A stretch of 64,000 nt of DNA from Patescibacteria group bacterium (GCA_049322675.1 JBMORM010000014.1:15896-79895); one strand, 5' to 3'. Positions 23,872 to 33,188 are shown, numbered from the stretch's first letter. Notes: generated from the letters alone by a model not told the origin. Numbers and translations: made by a program.

Positions 23872-24057
23872 ATGGCTAAAAAATCACTCATCGTAAAAGC
23901 TAATCGCAAACCAAAATTTTCTACCAGAAAATACAATCGTTGTGCTCTTTGTGGACGCCCCCGCGGTTTTCTCAGAAAGTTTGGTATCTGTCGCATCTGC
24001 TTTAGAGAATTGGCTGTCAAAGGTGAACTTCCCGGTATCAAAAAATCATCTTGGTAA
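23872..24057 (+). CDS. rpsN: 30S ribosomal protein S14, Zn-binding type Z
   Basis: 61 aa, RCALCGR..CRICFRE. Confidence 0.98.
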   Translation: MAKKSLIVKANRKPKFSTRKYNRCALCGRPRGFLRKFGICRICFRELAVKGELPGIKKSSW

Positions 24058-24093
24058 TTAACTTTTTTTAAATAAACTAATTTTGCATTTCTT

Positions 24094-24495
24094 ATGACTA
24101 TTACTGATCCAATTTCTGACTTGCTTACTCGCATTCGCAACGCCAATCTGAAAAGAAAGGCAACTGTTGATGCCCCTCATTCACGTTTCAAAATCGACCT
24201 CCTTAAAATTTTTGAAAAAGAAGGTTATATCGACTCTTTTGCCATCAATGATGGCAAAATCAAAGGTCAAAAAATCATCACTATCACCTTAAAATATCAG
24301 GATCAAGAACCAGTTATCAGACACATCAAACGTATTTCCAAGCCTGGTCAACGTATTTATCAAGATTACAAAAATCTACCAAAAGTACTAAATGGCCTTG
24401 GTGTTGCGGTTGTTTCCACTTCCAAAGGACTATTAACCAGCTATGCTGCCAAATCACAAAAACTTGGTGGTGAAATTATTTGTGAAATCTATTAA
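24094..24495 (+). CDS. rpsH: 30S ribosomal protein S8
   Basis: DPISDLLTRIRNA, SKPGQRIY. Confidence 0.99.
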   Translation: MTITDPISDLLTRIRNANLKRKATVDAPHSRFKIDLLKIFEKEGYIDSFAINDGKIKGQKIITITLKYQDQEPVIRHIKRISKPGQRIYQDYKNLPKVLNGLGVAVVSTSKGLLTSYAAKSQKLGGEIICEIY

Positions 24496-24506
24496 AGTAT
24501 ATTCAT

Positions 24507-25049
24507 ATGTCACGAATCGGTAAAAAAATAATTACAATTCCGGACAAGGTTGAAGTCAAAATCTCTGCTGACAAAATCGATGTCAAAGGACCTCTTGGTT
24601 CTTCGACTCTTGTTTTGATGCCCAATCTAAAATTTTCTCAAAAAGATAACTCCATTGAAATCATTCGCGAAAAAGAAGACAACTACACTCGATCTTCACA
24701 TGGTCTGATGAACCGACTTCTTACCAATGCCATCAACGGCGTAGTTGCCGGTTATCAAAAAGAGTTGGAACTGATTGGAGTAGGTTATAAAGTCGCTATG
24801 AAAGGCAAGAATCTTGAACTTTTCATTGGCTTCTCTCACCCGGTCTTATTCGCTCCTCCTGCCGGTATCAAAATCGAAGTCGAAAAAAATATCATCAAAA
24901 TTTCCGGTACTGATAAACAATTAGTTGGTGAAACCACTGCCAAAATCCGTGGTCTAAAAAAACCGGAACCATACAAAGGCAAAGGACTAAAATACATTGA
25001 CGAACAAATTCGTCGTAAAGCTGGCAAAATGGCCTCTTCCGGCGCCTAA
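24507..25049 (+). CDS. rplF: 50S ribosomal protein L6
   Basis: MSRIGK, PEPYKGKG. Confidence 0.99.
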   Translation: MSRIGKKIITIPDKVEVKISADKIDVKGPLGSSTLVLMPNLKFSQKDNSIEIIREKEDNYTRSSHGLMNRLLTNAINGVVAGYQKELELIGVGYKVAMKGKNLELFIGFSHPVLFAPPAGIKIEVEKNIIKISGTDKQLVGETTAKIRGLKKPEPYKGKGLKYIDEQIRRKAGKMASSGA

Positions 25050-25098
25050 TTTCTTCTTTGTTTTTACCTTACTTATAAATTGAAAATTATATATCCCC

Positions 25099-25461
25099 AT
25101 GCTAGCCAAAAAACAACAACTTAGATACCGACGTCACCACAAAATTCGTACCCAGATTCAGGGATCAGCTATCAAGCCGAGACTGTCCGTTTATCGGTCC
25201 AACAAAAATATCTATGCTCAACTTGTTGATGACGAAAAAAAATCCACCATTGTTTCTGCCAATGATCTAAAAATTACCAAGACTTCTTCTTCCGAATTTT
25301 CCGCCAAATTAGCTCGCGCCTATGAAGTTGGATTATTGATCGGACAAGCTGCTTTAGACAAAAAAATCAAACAAGTGGTCTTTGATCGCGCCGGTTACAA
25401 ATTTCACGGACGCGTCAAAGCTCTGGCCGAAGGCGCAAGAAAAGCCGGTCTAAAATTCTAA
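25099..25461 (+). CDS. rplR: 50S ribosomal protein L18
   Basis: PRLSVYRSN, FDRAGYKFHGRVKA. Confidence 0.99.
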   Translation: MLAKKQQLRYRRHHKIRTQIQGSAIKPRLSVYRSNKNIYAQLVDDEKKSTIVSANDLKITKTSSSEFSAKLARAYEVGLLIGQAALDKKIKQVVFDRAGYKFHGRVKALAEGARKAGLKF

Positions 25462-25487
25462 ATCATTTTTAATATTTATTTGCCGAA

Positions 25488-25570
25488 TTAACAATCAGCA
25501 ACCAACAATAAACAATTAAACCATATTTTGTTCCATTGTTAATTGCCAATTATTAATTTTTAATTATCAA
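25488..25570. repeat. Family C repeat hairpin (AACAAT ... ATTGTT/AATTATT)
   Basis: ttaacaatcagcaaccaacaataaacaatt ... ccattgttaattgccaattattaatt; right-arm-only copies precede several other start codons. Confidence 0.65.
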
Positions 25571-25576
25571 TTCCCC

Positions 25577-26173
25577 ATGAGGCCTCCCAAGAAAGATAAA
25601 GAATTCGCTGAAAGAGTCGTCAAAATCAACCGTGTTACCCGTGTGGTAAAAGGTGGACGACGTATGAGATTTAGAGCCACGGTTGTCGTTGGTGACTACA
25701 AAAACCGCATCGCGTTAGGCGTAGCAAAAGCCAATGAAGTTTCTGATGCAGTTACCAAGGCAGGTACAAAAGCCAAAAATAGCTTTATTACCATTCCAAT
25801 TATTGATTCAACCATTCCTCATCAAATCATCGGAAAATTTGGTTCCACCACTGTTATTCTCAAACCAGCCCCTTTAGGTAGCGGTGTTATTGCCGGTGGC
25901 GCTGTGCGTAACATTTTTGAAATTACTGGTGTCAAAAATATTTCCGCTAAAACTATTGGCTCGCGCAACAAAATCAATGCTTCCAAAGCTACTCTCGATG
26001 CTCTCAAAAAACTCCAAAGCAAAGAATCAATTTATCAAGCTCGAGGCAAAAAAATGCCACCAGCCAAATTGTCTGAATCCACTCCCGTCCAGGCGCCCGC
26101 CGTTCCTAAAAACAACCAGACCAAAACTCAACCAGCCAAAAAACCAGTCAAACCTCAAAATCGCACCAAATAA
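25577..26173 (+). CDS. rpsE: 30S ribosomal protein S5 with Pro/Lys tail
   Basis: INRVTRVVKGGRR, GSGVIAGG. Confidence 0.99.
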   Translation: MRPPKKDKEFAERVVKINRVTRVVKGGRRMRFRATVVVGDYKNRIALGVAKANEVSDAVTKAGTKAKNSFITIPIIDSTIPHQIIGKFGSTTVILKPAPLGSGVIAGGAVRNIFEITGVKNISAKTIGSRNKINASKATLDALKKLQSKESIYQARGKKMPPAKLSESTPVQAPAVPKNNQTKTQPAKKPVKPQNRTK

Positions 26174-26236
26174 TTTACCCTTGTTAGCGATCCCCAAAAT
26201 ATTGAAAATTATAAATTATAAATTGAAAATTATTTT

Positions 26237-26734
26237 ATGTCCTATCCTGTTTTAAAAACTAAAGTCGTCAAACACACCAAACGCCGCGGTCGCGGTTTGG
26301 GAAGTGGCAAAGGAAAAGCCGCTGGTCGCGGGCACAAAGGTCAGTTAGCTCGTACTGGCAAAAAAATCAAACCTTTCTTTGAAGGTGGAGCGATCGAACT
26401 CTATCGTCGTTTGCCAAAGAAAGGGGGATTTACACGCCATTGGATAGACAAACCGGTTGTTATCAATCTTCTTGTTTTGGACAGTTTTTCTACCGACGAG
26501 ATTGTCAATCTTGCCAATCTTAAAGCAAAAAATATTATTCCCAAACAATCTTCTTCTTTCAAAATACTTGGTCAAGGTGATATCAAAAAATCACTAACTA
26601 TCGCCACCACGCTTTTTTCTCAATCTGCCAAACAAAAAATGGAAGCCGCCGGCTGCAAATTCGTCACCGAAGAAAAAACCGATAATAAAGGCAAAACAGT
26701 AAAAACAGTTAAGTCTAAAAAAGCCAAGAAATAA
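26237..26734 (+). CDS. rplO: 50S ribosomal protein L15
   Basis: RGRGLGSGKGK, FEGG, RLPKKG. Confidence 0.98.
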   Translation: MSYPVLKTKVVKHTKRRGRGLGSGKGKAAGRGHKGQLARTGKKIKPFFEGGAIELYRRLPKKGGFTRHWIDKPVVINLLVLDSFSTDEIVNLANLKAKNIIPKQSSSFKILGQGDIKKSLTIATTLFSQSAKQKMEAAGCKFVTEEKTDNKGKTVKTVKSKKAKK

Positions 26735-26831
26735 CTCAAATCAAATTTACTCTTTTTTTGTATTTTGATCTCTGGGTTAAATTGTATTGTTAAATATTAA
26801 TTGTTCATTGTTAATTTTCTCTCAGTAATTC

Positions 26832-28106
26832 ATGAATTATTTAAACAAAATTTTTTCCTCCCCCGACCTTCGTAAAAAAATATTTTTTACGATTGGCATC
26901 CTGACTCTTACCAGACTCTTGGCTCATATACCTTTGCCGGGAGCCTCTTTGGATAACCTTAAACAATTTTTTGACAACAGCCAACTCTTTGGCATGTTAA
27001 ATGTTTTCTCCGGTGGTACCATTGAAAATTTTTCCATTATTTTGATGGGTGTCGGTCCATATATCAATGCTTCCATCATTATTCAACTTCTCACTATGAT
27101 CGTCCCCAGTCTTGAAGCTCTTTCCAAAGAAGGCCAACAAGGTCGGGACAAGCTAAATCAATACACCAGATATCTCACCGTGCCTCTAGCTGTTTTGCAA
27201 TCTTACGGCATGATCGCATTATTAACCAGCCAAGGCGCTATTTCTGGTTTGTCAGGTGTCAATTTATGGTTAGCTTTGATTACTGCTACCGCCGGTTGTG
27301 TCCTCATGATGTGGCTGGGAGAACTCATCACAGAAAAAGGTATTGGTAATGGCGTTTCACTGATTATTACCGTAGGGATTATCGCTGGTATCCCAGCACA
27401 GATTCGCAACAATCTCGTTCTGGCTCAAGTCGATTCCGGTCAATTATTACTTTTTATTCTGTTGCTGGTATTGATCGTATTAGAAATTGCTCTCGTAGTC
27501 TATGTTAGTGAAGCTCAACGAAATATACCTGTCACCTACGCTCGCCAAGTGCGCGGCAACAAAACAATGGGGGGTGCTGAAACTTACCTGCCTTTACGAG
27601 TAACCCAGGCTGGAGTTATCCCAATAATTTTTGCCATGTCTGTCATGGTTTTTCCAAATATTATTGCCAACCTTTTTGGCAATGCCAAAACCGCCTGGAT
27701 CGCTTCCGCTGCTCTCAAAATCCAAGAAATATTCAAAGACCAATATGTTTACGGCATTACCTACTTCCTTTTAGTTTTATTATTTACCTTCTTTTATACC
27801 AGTGTAATTTTCAATTCTGAACAAGTGGCCGAAAATATGCAAAAACAAGGTGGCTTTATCCCCGGCGTTCGTCCTGGTTCTCAAACTTCCAAATATCTCA
27901 TGGACACCGTTTATCGAATTACTGCTATCAGTGCTGTTTTCCTAGCCTTTATCGCCGTTGCCCCCTTGCTCTTGGAAAAAGGTCTCGGTCTATCCAATCT
28001 CTTGGTCACCGGTACCGGTCTCTTGATCTTGGTCAGTGTCACCGTTGAAACCATCAAACAAATCAAGTCCAACGTTCTCATGCGTAGCTACGACGAAGAA
28101 TACTAA
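26832..28106 (+). CDS. secY: Preprotein translocase SecY
   Basis: GVGPYINASII, GIGNGVSLII, FIPGVRPG. Confidence 0.99.
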   Translation: MNYLNKIFSSPDLRKKIFFTIGILTLTRLLAHIPLPGASLDNLKQFFDNSQLFGMLNVFSGGTIENFSIILMGVGPYINASIIIQLLTMIVPSLEALSKEGQQGRDKLNQYTRYLTVPLAVLQSYGMIALLTSQGAISGLSGVNLWLALITATAGCVLMMWLGELITEKGIGNGVSLIITVGIIAGIPAQIRNNLVLAQVDSGQLLLFILLLVLIVLEIALVVYVSEAQRNIPVTYARQVRGNKTMGGAETYLPLRVTQAGVIPIIFAMSVMVFPNIIANLFGNAKTAWIASAALKIQEIFKDQYVYGITYFLLVLLFTFFYTSVIFNSEQVAENMQKQGGFIPGVRPGSQTSKYLMDTVYRITAISAVFLAFIAVAPLLLEKGLGLSNLLVTGTGLLILVSVTVETIKQIKSNVLMRSYDEEY

Positions 28107-28132
28107 TTTCGCCTTAGGATTCAATCAAAGCC

Positions 28133-28165
28133 AAACCGGACAACAAACTTTGTACCGGTTTTTTT
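28133..28165 (+). terminator. Intrinsic terminator after secY
   Basis: aaaccgg...ccggttt followed by T-run. Confidence 0.7.
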
Positions 28166-28253
28166 ATTCGCATTCCCGGCTGAAAAATAATACAATAAAA
28201 AAGCAAATTAAAAAATTACTAAGCCCAATACCAAAAATCCGTCATTTAATCCC

Positions 28254-28276
28254 GTATGGGCGAGGTCCCCTCGCCC
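28254..28276 (+). repeat. REP-like palindrome (GTAT variant)
   Basis: GTAT + GGGCGAGG-tcc-CCTCGCCC. Confidence 0.75.
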
Positions 28277-28307
28277 TCCCCTGAATCGTAGATAGCTATA
28301 CTGAAAT

Positions 28308-28560
28308 CATCTTAACAACTAAGGTAATATAGAGTTAAAGTCTGCCAGACTATCTCCGCCCCTTAGACTGAATGGATTTAAGAAATTATTCATGTCTCGT
28401 CGTAGAATATGGCTGGTAGACTTTAATCGGCTCATTTTTAAAACCATAGATCAATTAAGCTGTTTAAGCTTCTTTAATACTTAAGAACGCTTCAATAAAA
28501 ATCACAAGGTTATCTTGGTTTTTAGAAAAATATGAGTACTGGTTAATTTTAGTTGTTAAA
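28308..28560 (+). ncRNA. Bridge RNA of the IS110 element (ends approximate)
   Basis: Two stem-flanked internal loops carrying target guides (GCCCCT 28358-63, TCGTAG 28400-05) and donor guides (AAGCTGTTT 28457-65, ACAAG 28504-08). Confidence 0.85.
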
Positions 28561-28579
28561 TTTAAAGAAGGAAACAGGC

Positions 28580-29542
28580 ATGAATTTTACCAAGACAATC
28601 GGAATCGATGTAGCTAAAGACAAACTAGATATTTGTTTACTCGGAGATCGACAGAAAACCAAAAACCTCCAGGTAGCAAATAATCAACAAGGTATTCACA
28701 AAATGGTTGAGAAGTTAAACTTCTACCAAGTAAACGATGATATACCCATAGTAATTGAAGCTACCGGAGGCTACCATTATGGTATCATGTTCAATTTGAT
28801 GGAAAAAGGTTACCGAGTTTGTTTAATTAATCCATTGTTAACCAAGAAGTATAGTCACGGCTCAATTCGTAAAACCAAAACAGACAAAATTGACGCCCAA
28901 TTATTGGCCGAGATTGGTTTAAAAGAAGAATTAAGACCAACCACCGAAACATCAACTGATGTACTAAACAAAAGTAAAGGTAGATTATTAATTTCTTACC
29001 AACAGAAATTAAGAGCCATAAATAATCAATTAGCTACTGTAAACAATCAAGCCGTTCAAGATAAATTCACCGTCAGAATATTGAAAAAGACTAAAAAAGA
29101 TTTACAGAATGATATTAAAACCATTAAACAGGCTATTAAAGAAACCGGATCCACTGGTTCGCCGACAGATAAAATCAAGGGGGTATCGGAAGTTAATTGG
29201 CAAATTATTGTAAACGAATTAGGCAATATCGAACGCTTTAACAATCGTCGACAAATAGTAGCTTTTGCTGGTTTGGATCCATCAATCAGAGAAAGTGGCA
29301 GTTCAGTTCGTGGTAAGAGCAAGATTTCTAAAAGAGGCTCAAAAACATTACGTTGTGTTTTGTACCAATCAGCCTGGGGAGTGTTTATGCACAATACAAA
29401 GTTTAAAGAATTCTACAACCGAAAGAAAAAAGAAGGTAAGCATTATTTCACCTGTCTAACCGCTATTGCTAGAAAATTACTACTAATGATCTACGCCATA
29501 TTAAAAACAACCAACCGGACTATATTACCGGAATCTATTTGA
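28580..29542 (+). CDS. IS110-family DEDD recombinase/transposase
   Basis: GIDVAK, IEATG, KTDKID (DEDD) and AFAGLDPSIRESGSS (Tnp serine); SD-like aaggaa before ATG 28580. Confidence 0.96.
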   Translation: MNFTKTIGIDVAKDKLDICLLGDRQKTKNLQVANNQQGIHKMVEKLNFYQVNDDIPIVIEATGGYHYGIMFNLMEKGYRVCLINPLLTKKYSHGSIRKTKTDKIDAQLLAEIGLKEELRPTTETSTDVLNKSKGRLLISYQQKLRAINNQLATVNNQAVQDKFTVRILKKTKKDLQNDIKTIKQAIKETGSTGSPTDKIKGVSEVNWQIIVNELGNIERFNNRRQIVAFAGLDPSIRESGSSVRGKSKISKRGSKTLRCVLYQSAWGVFMHNTKFKEFYNRKKKEGKHYFTCLTAIARKLLLMIYAILKTTNRTILPESI

Positions 29543-29555
29543 CAATCAGTATACA

Positions 29556-29577
29556 AGGGGCAGGTCACGACCTGCCC
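29556..29577 (+). repeat. Right part of the GTAG REP split by IS110
   Basis: AG + perfect 9-bp palindrome GGGCAGGTC-ac-GACCTGCCC. Confidence 0.85.
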
Positions 29578-29618
29578 GTCAATAATGTAATAATTTAATA
29601 ATCGCATTTATTGTATTT

Positions 29619-31358
29619 ATGAAATCCAAAACCTGCCACCAATGCCATTCCAATTTCACCGTCACCGACGACGACCTGACATTTTACCAAAAAATGACAG
29701 TCCCGCCCCCCACTTGGTGCCCGGACTGTCGAGCCATTCGCCGCATGCAGTGGCGTAACGAAAGGAGTCTTTATTGCCGGAAATGTGACGCCACTGGAGT
29801 TGATATTGTTTCCTGTTTCGCTCCGGAAAAAAAATTAATTGTTTATGATCAAAAATATTGGTGGTCAGATGCCTGGGATCCGTTAACCTACGGTCAGGAT
29901 TATGATTTCAGCCAACCATTCTTTGGGCAATGGCGTGAACTTTTGCACAGAGTCCCGCAACTATCTGTCTCCAATGCCAATGCTGAAAATTCCGAATATT
30001 GCAACGTCAACAGTCACTCCAAGGACTGTTATCTGATTTCTGCCTCATTTCAAAATGAGCGAGTGATGTACACCAATCGAGTAGTGGGATGTCATGATTG
30101 TCTCGACAACTACATTCTCAACCAAAGCCAATATTGCTACGACAATATCGCTTGTACCAACTGCTATCAAGTCTTTTACAGTCAAGACAGCAATAACTGT
30201 CGTGAATCATATTTCCTTTACAACTGTCACCAATGCCAAAATTGTTTGGGTTGTATCAATCTTCGTAACAAACAATATTGCATTTTTAACCAGCAGTGCA
30301 CCAAAGAAGAGTATGAACAACAAATAAAACAACTCAATCTATCCAGTCGACAAAGTTTGAATCAAATCGAAGAAAAATTTTCCGTTATCAAATCCCAATC
30401 TATTCGCAAATTTGCCAATTTAATTAATTGCGAAAACTGTACTGGCGACAACCTGACCAATTGTAAAAATTGTAAAAATTGTTTTGATTTAGGCGACAAT
30501 GTTCAAAACTGCAATTATTCGGTTTGGGGCGGTTATGATTTAGACGGAGCGTTTGACACTGGTCCTGGCGTTGGTTCCAAATCCAGCCTGATTTATGAAG
30601 CCTATGACAGTGGTATCAATTCAACCAACCTAGCCTTCACTGGCGTCGTCTATGATTCTTTCCAGGTTCGTTATTCTATTTTCTGTTTCAACTGCCAAAA
30701 TATTTTTGGTTGCATAGGTTTGCGTCATAAAGAATATTGCATCTTAAACAAACAATATACCAAAGAAGAGTACGAACAACTTCTACCCAAAATCATTGCT
30801 CAAATGAATACCCTGCCTTATATCGATCGCCTCGGCCGTCAGTATGACTATGGCGAATTTTTTCCGCCCGAAATTTCCCCTTTTGCCTACAACGAAACCG
30901 TCGCTCAGGAATACTACCCTACCACCAAAGAATTGGCTATCCAGCAAGGTTTCAGCTGGCGTGATCCCGATCCCAAACAATTTCAACCCACCATTCTTCA
31001 TCAAAATATTCCCGATAGTATTATTGGTCTTGACGAAAAAATCCTCTCGGCAGTTTTTGAGTGTTCTCATCAGGGACATTGCGACGAACAATGTAACCAA
31101 GTTTTCAAAATCCTCCCCGCCGAATTAGCTTTCTATCTAAAAAATAACATCCCCCTTCCTCATCTTTGTCCCAACTGCCGCCACTACCAACGCATCAAAA
31201 AAAGAAACCCCCTAAAACTCTACCCCCGCCAATGTATGTGCGAAGAACCCAACCACACTCACGAAACCCGCTGCCCCAACCAATTCGCCACCACCTACTC
31301 GCCAGACCGACCAGAAAAGGTGTATTGTGAAGAGTGTTATCAGAAAAGCGTAATATAA
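29619..31358 (+). CDS. Cys-rich CxxC-repeat / zinc-ribbon protein of the CPR type, function unknown
   Basis: KTCHQC..PPPTWCPDCR N-terminus, many CxxC repeats, YGEFFP, C-terminal VYCEECY. Confidence 0.85.
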   Translation: MKSKTCHQCHSNFTVTDDDLTFYQKMTVPPPTWCPDCRAIRRMQWRNERSLYCRKCDATGVDIVSCFAPEKKLIVYDQKYWWSDAWDPLTYGQDYDFSQPFFGQWRELLHRVPQLSVSNANAENSEYCNVNSHSKDCYLISASFQNERVMYTNRVVGCHDCLDNYILNQSQYCYDNIACTNCYQVFYSQDSNNCRESYFLYNCHQCQNCLGCINLRNKQYCIFNQQCTKEEYEQQIKQLNLSSRQSLNQIEEKFSVIKSQSIRKFANLINCENCTGDNLTNCKNCKNCFDLGDNVQNCNYSVWGGYDLDGAFDTGPGVGSKSSLIYEAYDSGINSTNLAFTGVVYDSFQVRYSIFCFNCQNIFGCIGLRHKEYCILNKQYTKEEYEQLLPKIIAQMNTLPYIDRLGRQYDYGEFFPPEISPFAYNETVAQEYYPTTKELAIQQGFSWRDPDPKQFQPTILHQNIPDSIIGLDEKILSAVFECSHQGHCDEQCNQVFKILPAELAFYLKNNIPLPHLCPNCRHYQRIKKRNPLKLYPRQCMCEEPNHTHETRCPNQFATTYSPDRPEKVYCEECYQKSVI

Positions 31359-31527
31359 ATTTCCAATTTCCAATTCTCAATTTCCAATAAATTTTTCCCT
31401 CACGGGACCGAACTGCTGCTGGCAATGACCAATTTTCAAACAAATTCAATTCTAGGATCATTCTTTTTTGTATTTGTTTGGAAATTGAGCCTTTTTTGGA
31501 AATTGAGAATTGGAAATTGGAAATTAT
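31357..31527. repeat. Family A heptamer hairpin carrying a 37-bp inserted unit
   Basis: aatttccaatttccaattctcaatttcc ... ggaaattgagaattggaaattggaaatt; 31390-31426 is the exact reverse complement of 63113-63149. Confidence 0.9.
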
Positions 31528-31564
31528 CAATTCATTCTTAATTATTAATTGTTAATTAATTATT

Positions 31565-32146
31565 ATGTCGCATTTATTTTTAATAACCGGCGTTCCCGGT
31601 GTCGGCAAAACTTCCATCGCCAACGCCGTTGCCGCCAATTTCAATTTACCGTTAATCAATTTCGGTGACATTTTGTTCAAAAAAATCAAAGCCGCCAAAA
31701 TAGGTATCAAAGAAGTTGACGAAATCAGAGTCAAGTTACCTTTCAAACAGTACAAAAAATTCCAAGTCGCTACCGCCCGCGAGATTGCCAAAACCAAGGG
31801 CGACAAAATAATCACTTCTCATCTTTCCATTGATACTCCAACTGGATTCAAACCGGGCTTCCCGCAAAATGTTATCGATATTTTTTCTCCCAGTATTATT
31901 TTTTCTATTCAATCCCCGGCCGACGAAATCAGAAAAAGACGCATGTCCGACAAAGACACTCGTCATCGTGGACAAAAACTGGAAAAATGGATCGAATTTC
32001 ACCAATCCTTCAACCGCGCCCTCGCCGCCAACTACGCCTTCTACACCGGCAATTACGTCTATCCAGTCCAAAATCGTCAGGGAGAAATTGCCAACTGCAT
32101 CGAGGAAATCAACGAAGTTATTGGACAGATACTGAAACAAAAATAA
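31565..32146 (+). CDS. adkA: Archaeal-type adenylate kinase
   Basis: TGVPGVGKT, NFGD, SHLSIDTPTGFKPGFP, EIRKRRMSD, HQSFNRA motifs match archaeal AdkA; no Zn-lid. Confidence 0.88.
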   Translation: MSHLFLITGVPGVGKTSIANAVAANFNLPLINFGDILFKKIKAAKIGIKEVDEIRVKLPFKQYKKFQVATAREIAKTKGDKIITSHLSIDTPTGFKPGFPQNVIDIFSPSIIFSIQSPADEIRKRRMSDKDTRHRGQKLEKWIEFHQSFNRALAANYAFYTGNYVYPVQNRQGEIANCIEEINEVIGQILKQK

Positions 32147-32148
32147 GA

Positions 32149-32252
32149 CAATTTCCAGTTTCCAATTTCCAGTTTCCAAAAAATGTCCAATTTCCAATTC
32201 TCAATGGATGCGATCCGTTTGGAAATTGTGTCTTGGAAATTCATTGGAAATT
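32149..32252. repeat. Family A heptamer hairpin, adk-map junction
   Basis: aatttccagtttccaatttccagtttcc ... ggaaattgtgtcttggaaattcattggaaatt. Confidence 0.85.
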
Positions 32253-32308
32253 ATACCGTTGTTTACAAAAATGAATATATTTTTTTGTTCCCAATTTACA
32301 TTATTCCA

Positions 32309-33070
32309 ATGTCATTATTCAACAATCCCACTTTAGACCAAAAATACACCGCCATGAAAACCGGCGGCCAAATTCTCGCCCGAATCATCTATGAACTAAA
32401 AGATCTCGTCGAGCCCGGCATGTCGGCCTCCCACCTTGACCAGATTGCCTATCAAAAAATCATCGCCGCCGACTCCAAGCCGGCCTTTTTGGGTTATCAA
32501 GGTTTTCCCAACAGTTTGATCGTCAGCCTCAACAACGAAGTTGTTCACGCTATTCCCAAATCGCACAAAATTATTAATGTTGGAGATTTGGTTACTCTTG
32601 ATCTTGGTTTGTATTATCAAGGTTTTTGCACCGACATGGCTATCAGTTTTATTTTAGGCAAAAAAAACAATCCCGTTGCTCAAAATCTCCTTCTGGCCGC
32701 CGAAACTGCCTTGGACAACGCCGTAAATCTGATTGAACCCGGAATACAGATTGGCGACATCGGCCATATTGTTGAAAAAACCGCCAAGGAATTCAAAGTT
32801 AAGGTAGTTTTCGATTGTGCCGGTCACGGTGTGGGCAAAAAAATCCACGAAGAACCAACAATTCCCAACTTTGGCCGAACGAATACCGGGCCTCAATTAA
32901 CAGTCGGCCAAACCGTGGCCATCGAACCAATTTTCGCCGTCTCCACCAATTATTTTTCTCACCAACCGGATGGCTGGACTTTGGTTACCGAAGATGGCTC
33001 TTTGGCCGCCCAGGCCGAACATACCATCATCATTACCCCCCAAGGTAACGAAATTCTGACCCTCAGATAA
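32309..33070 (+). CDS. map: Methionine aminopeptidase type I
   Basis: NNEVVHAIP, GHGVG..IHEEP, AIEP, AEHT; start moved downstream of the repeat. Confidence 0.97.
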   Translation: MSLFNNPTLDQKYTAMKTGGQILARIIYELKDLVEPGMSASHLDQIAYQKIIAADSKPAFLGYQGFPNSLIVSLNNEVVHAIPKSHKIINVGDLVTLDLGLYYQGFCTDMAISFILGKKNNPVAQNLLLAAETALDNAVNLIEPGIQIGDIGHIVEKTAKEFKVKVVFDCAGHGVGKKIHEEPTIPNFGRTNTGPQLTVGQTVAIEPIFAVSTNYFSHQPDGWTLVTEDGSLAAQAEHTIIITPQGNEILTLR

Positions 33071-33188
33071 TAAAATTTTTTCCCATGTCTCACAAAATAT
33101 GTTTAAAAATTAAAAATTAAAAATTAAAAATTTTTCCTGATATTGTGTCTTGCGTCCCTCTAATAAAAGTGATAATATTAATCGTGCT

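Larger units (their letters stand above)
28292..29557 (+). mobile_element. Complete IS110-family (IS621-like) insertion sequence, AG/CT core
   Basis: AG at 28290-91 and 29556-57; removing the element restores the REP GTAG-GGGCAGGTC-ac-GACCTGCCC; the circle junction forms TTGACA-18 bp-TATACT. Confidence 0.9.

Noticed and set aside
28553-28579. TTG start for the IS110 recombinase
   Set aside because: It overlaps the bridge RNA closing stem; ATG 28580 has an SD and gives the usual distance to the GID motif
31357-31527. CRISPR array interpretation of the short repeats
   Set aside because: Units are 7-8 nt, degenerate and inverted, with no unique spacers and no cas genes
32183-32308. N-terminal extensions of map, rpsM, rpsK and rmlC in the ORF track
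   Set aside because: They translate heptamer repeats (NFQF/LEI/KIEN patterns); downstream ATGs fit the known protein starts
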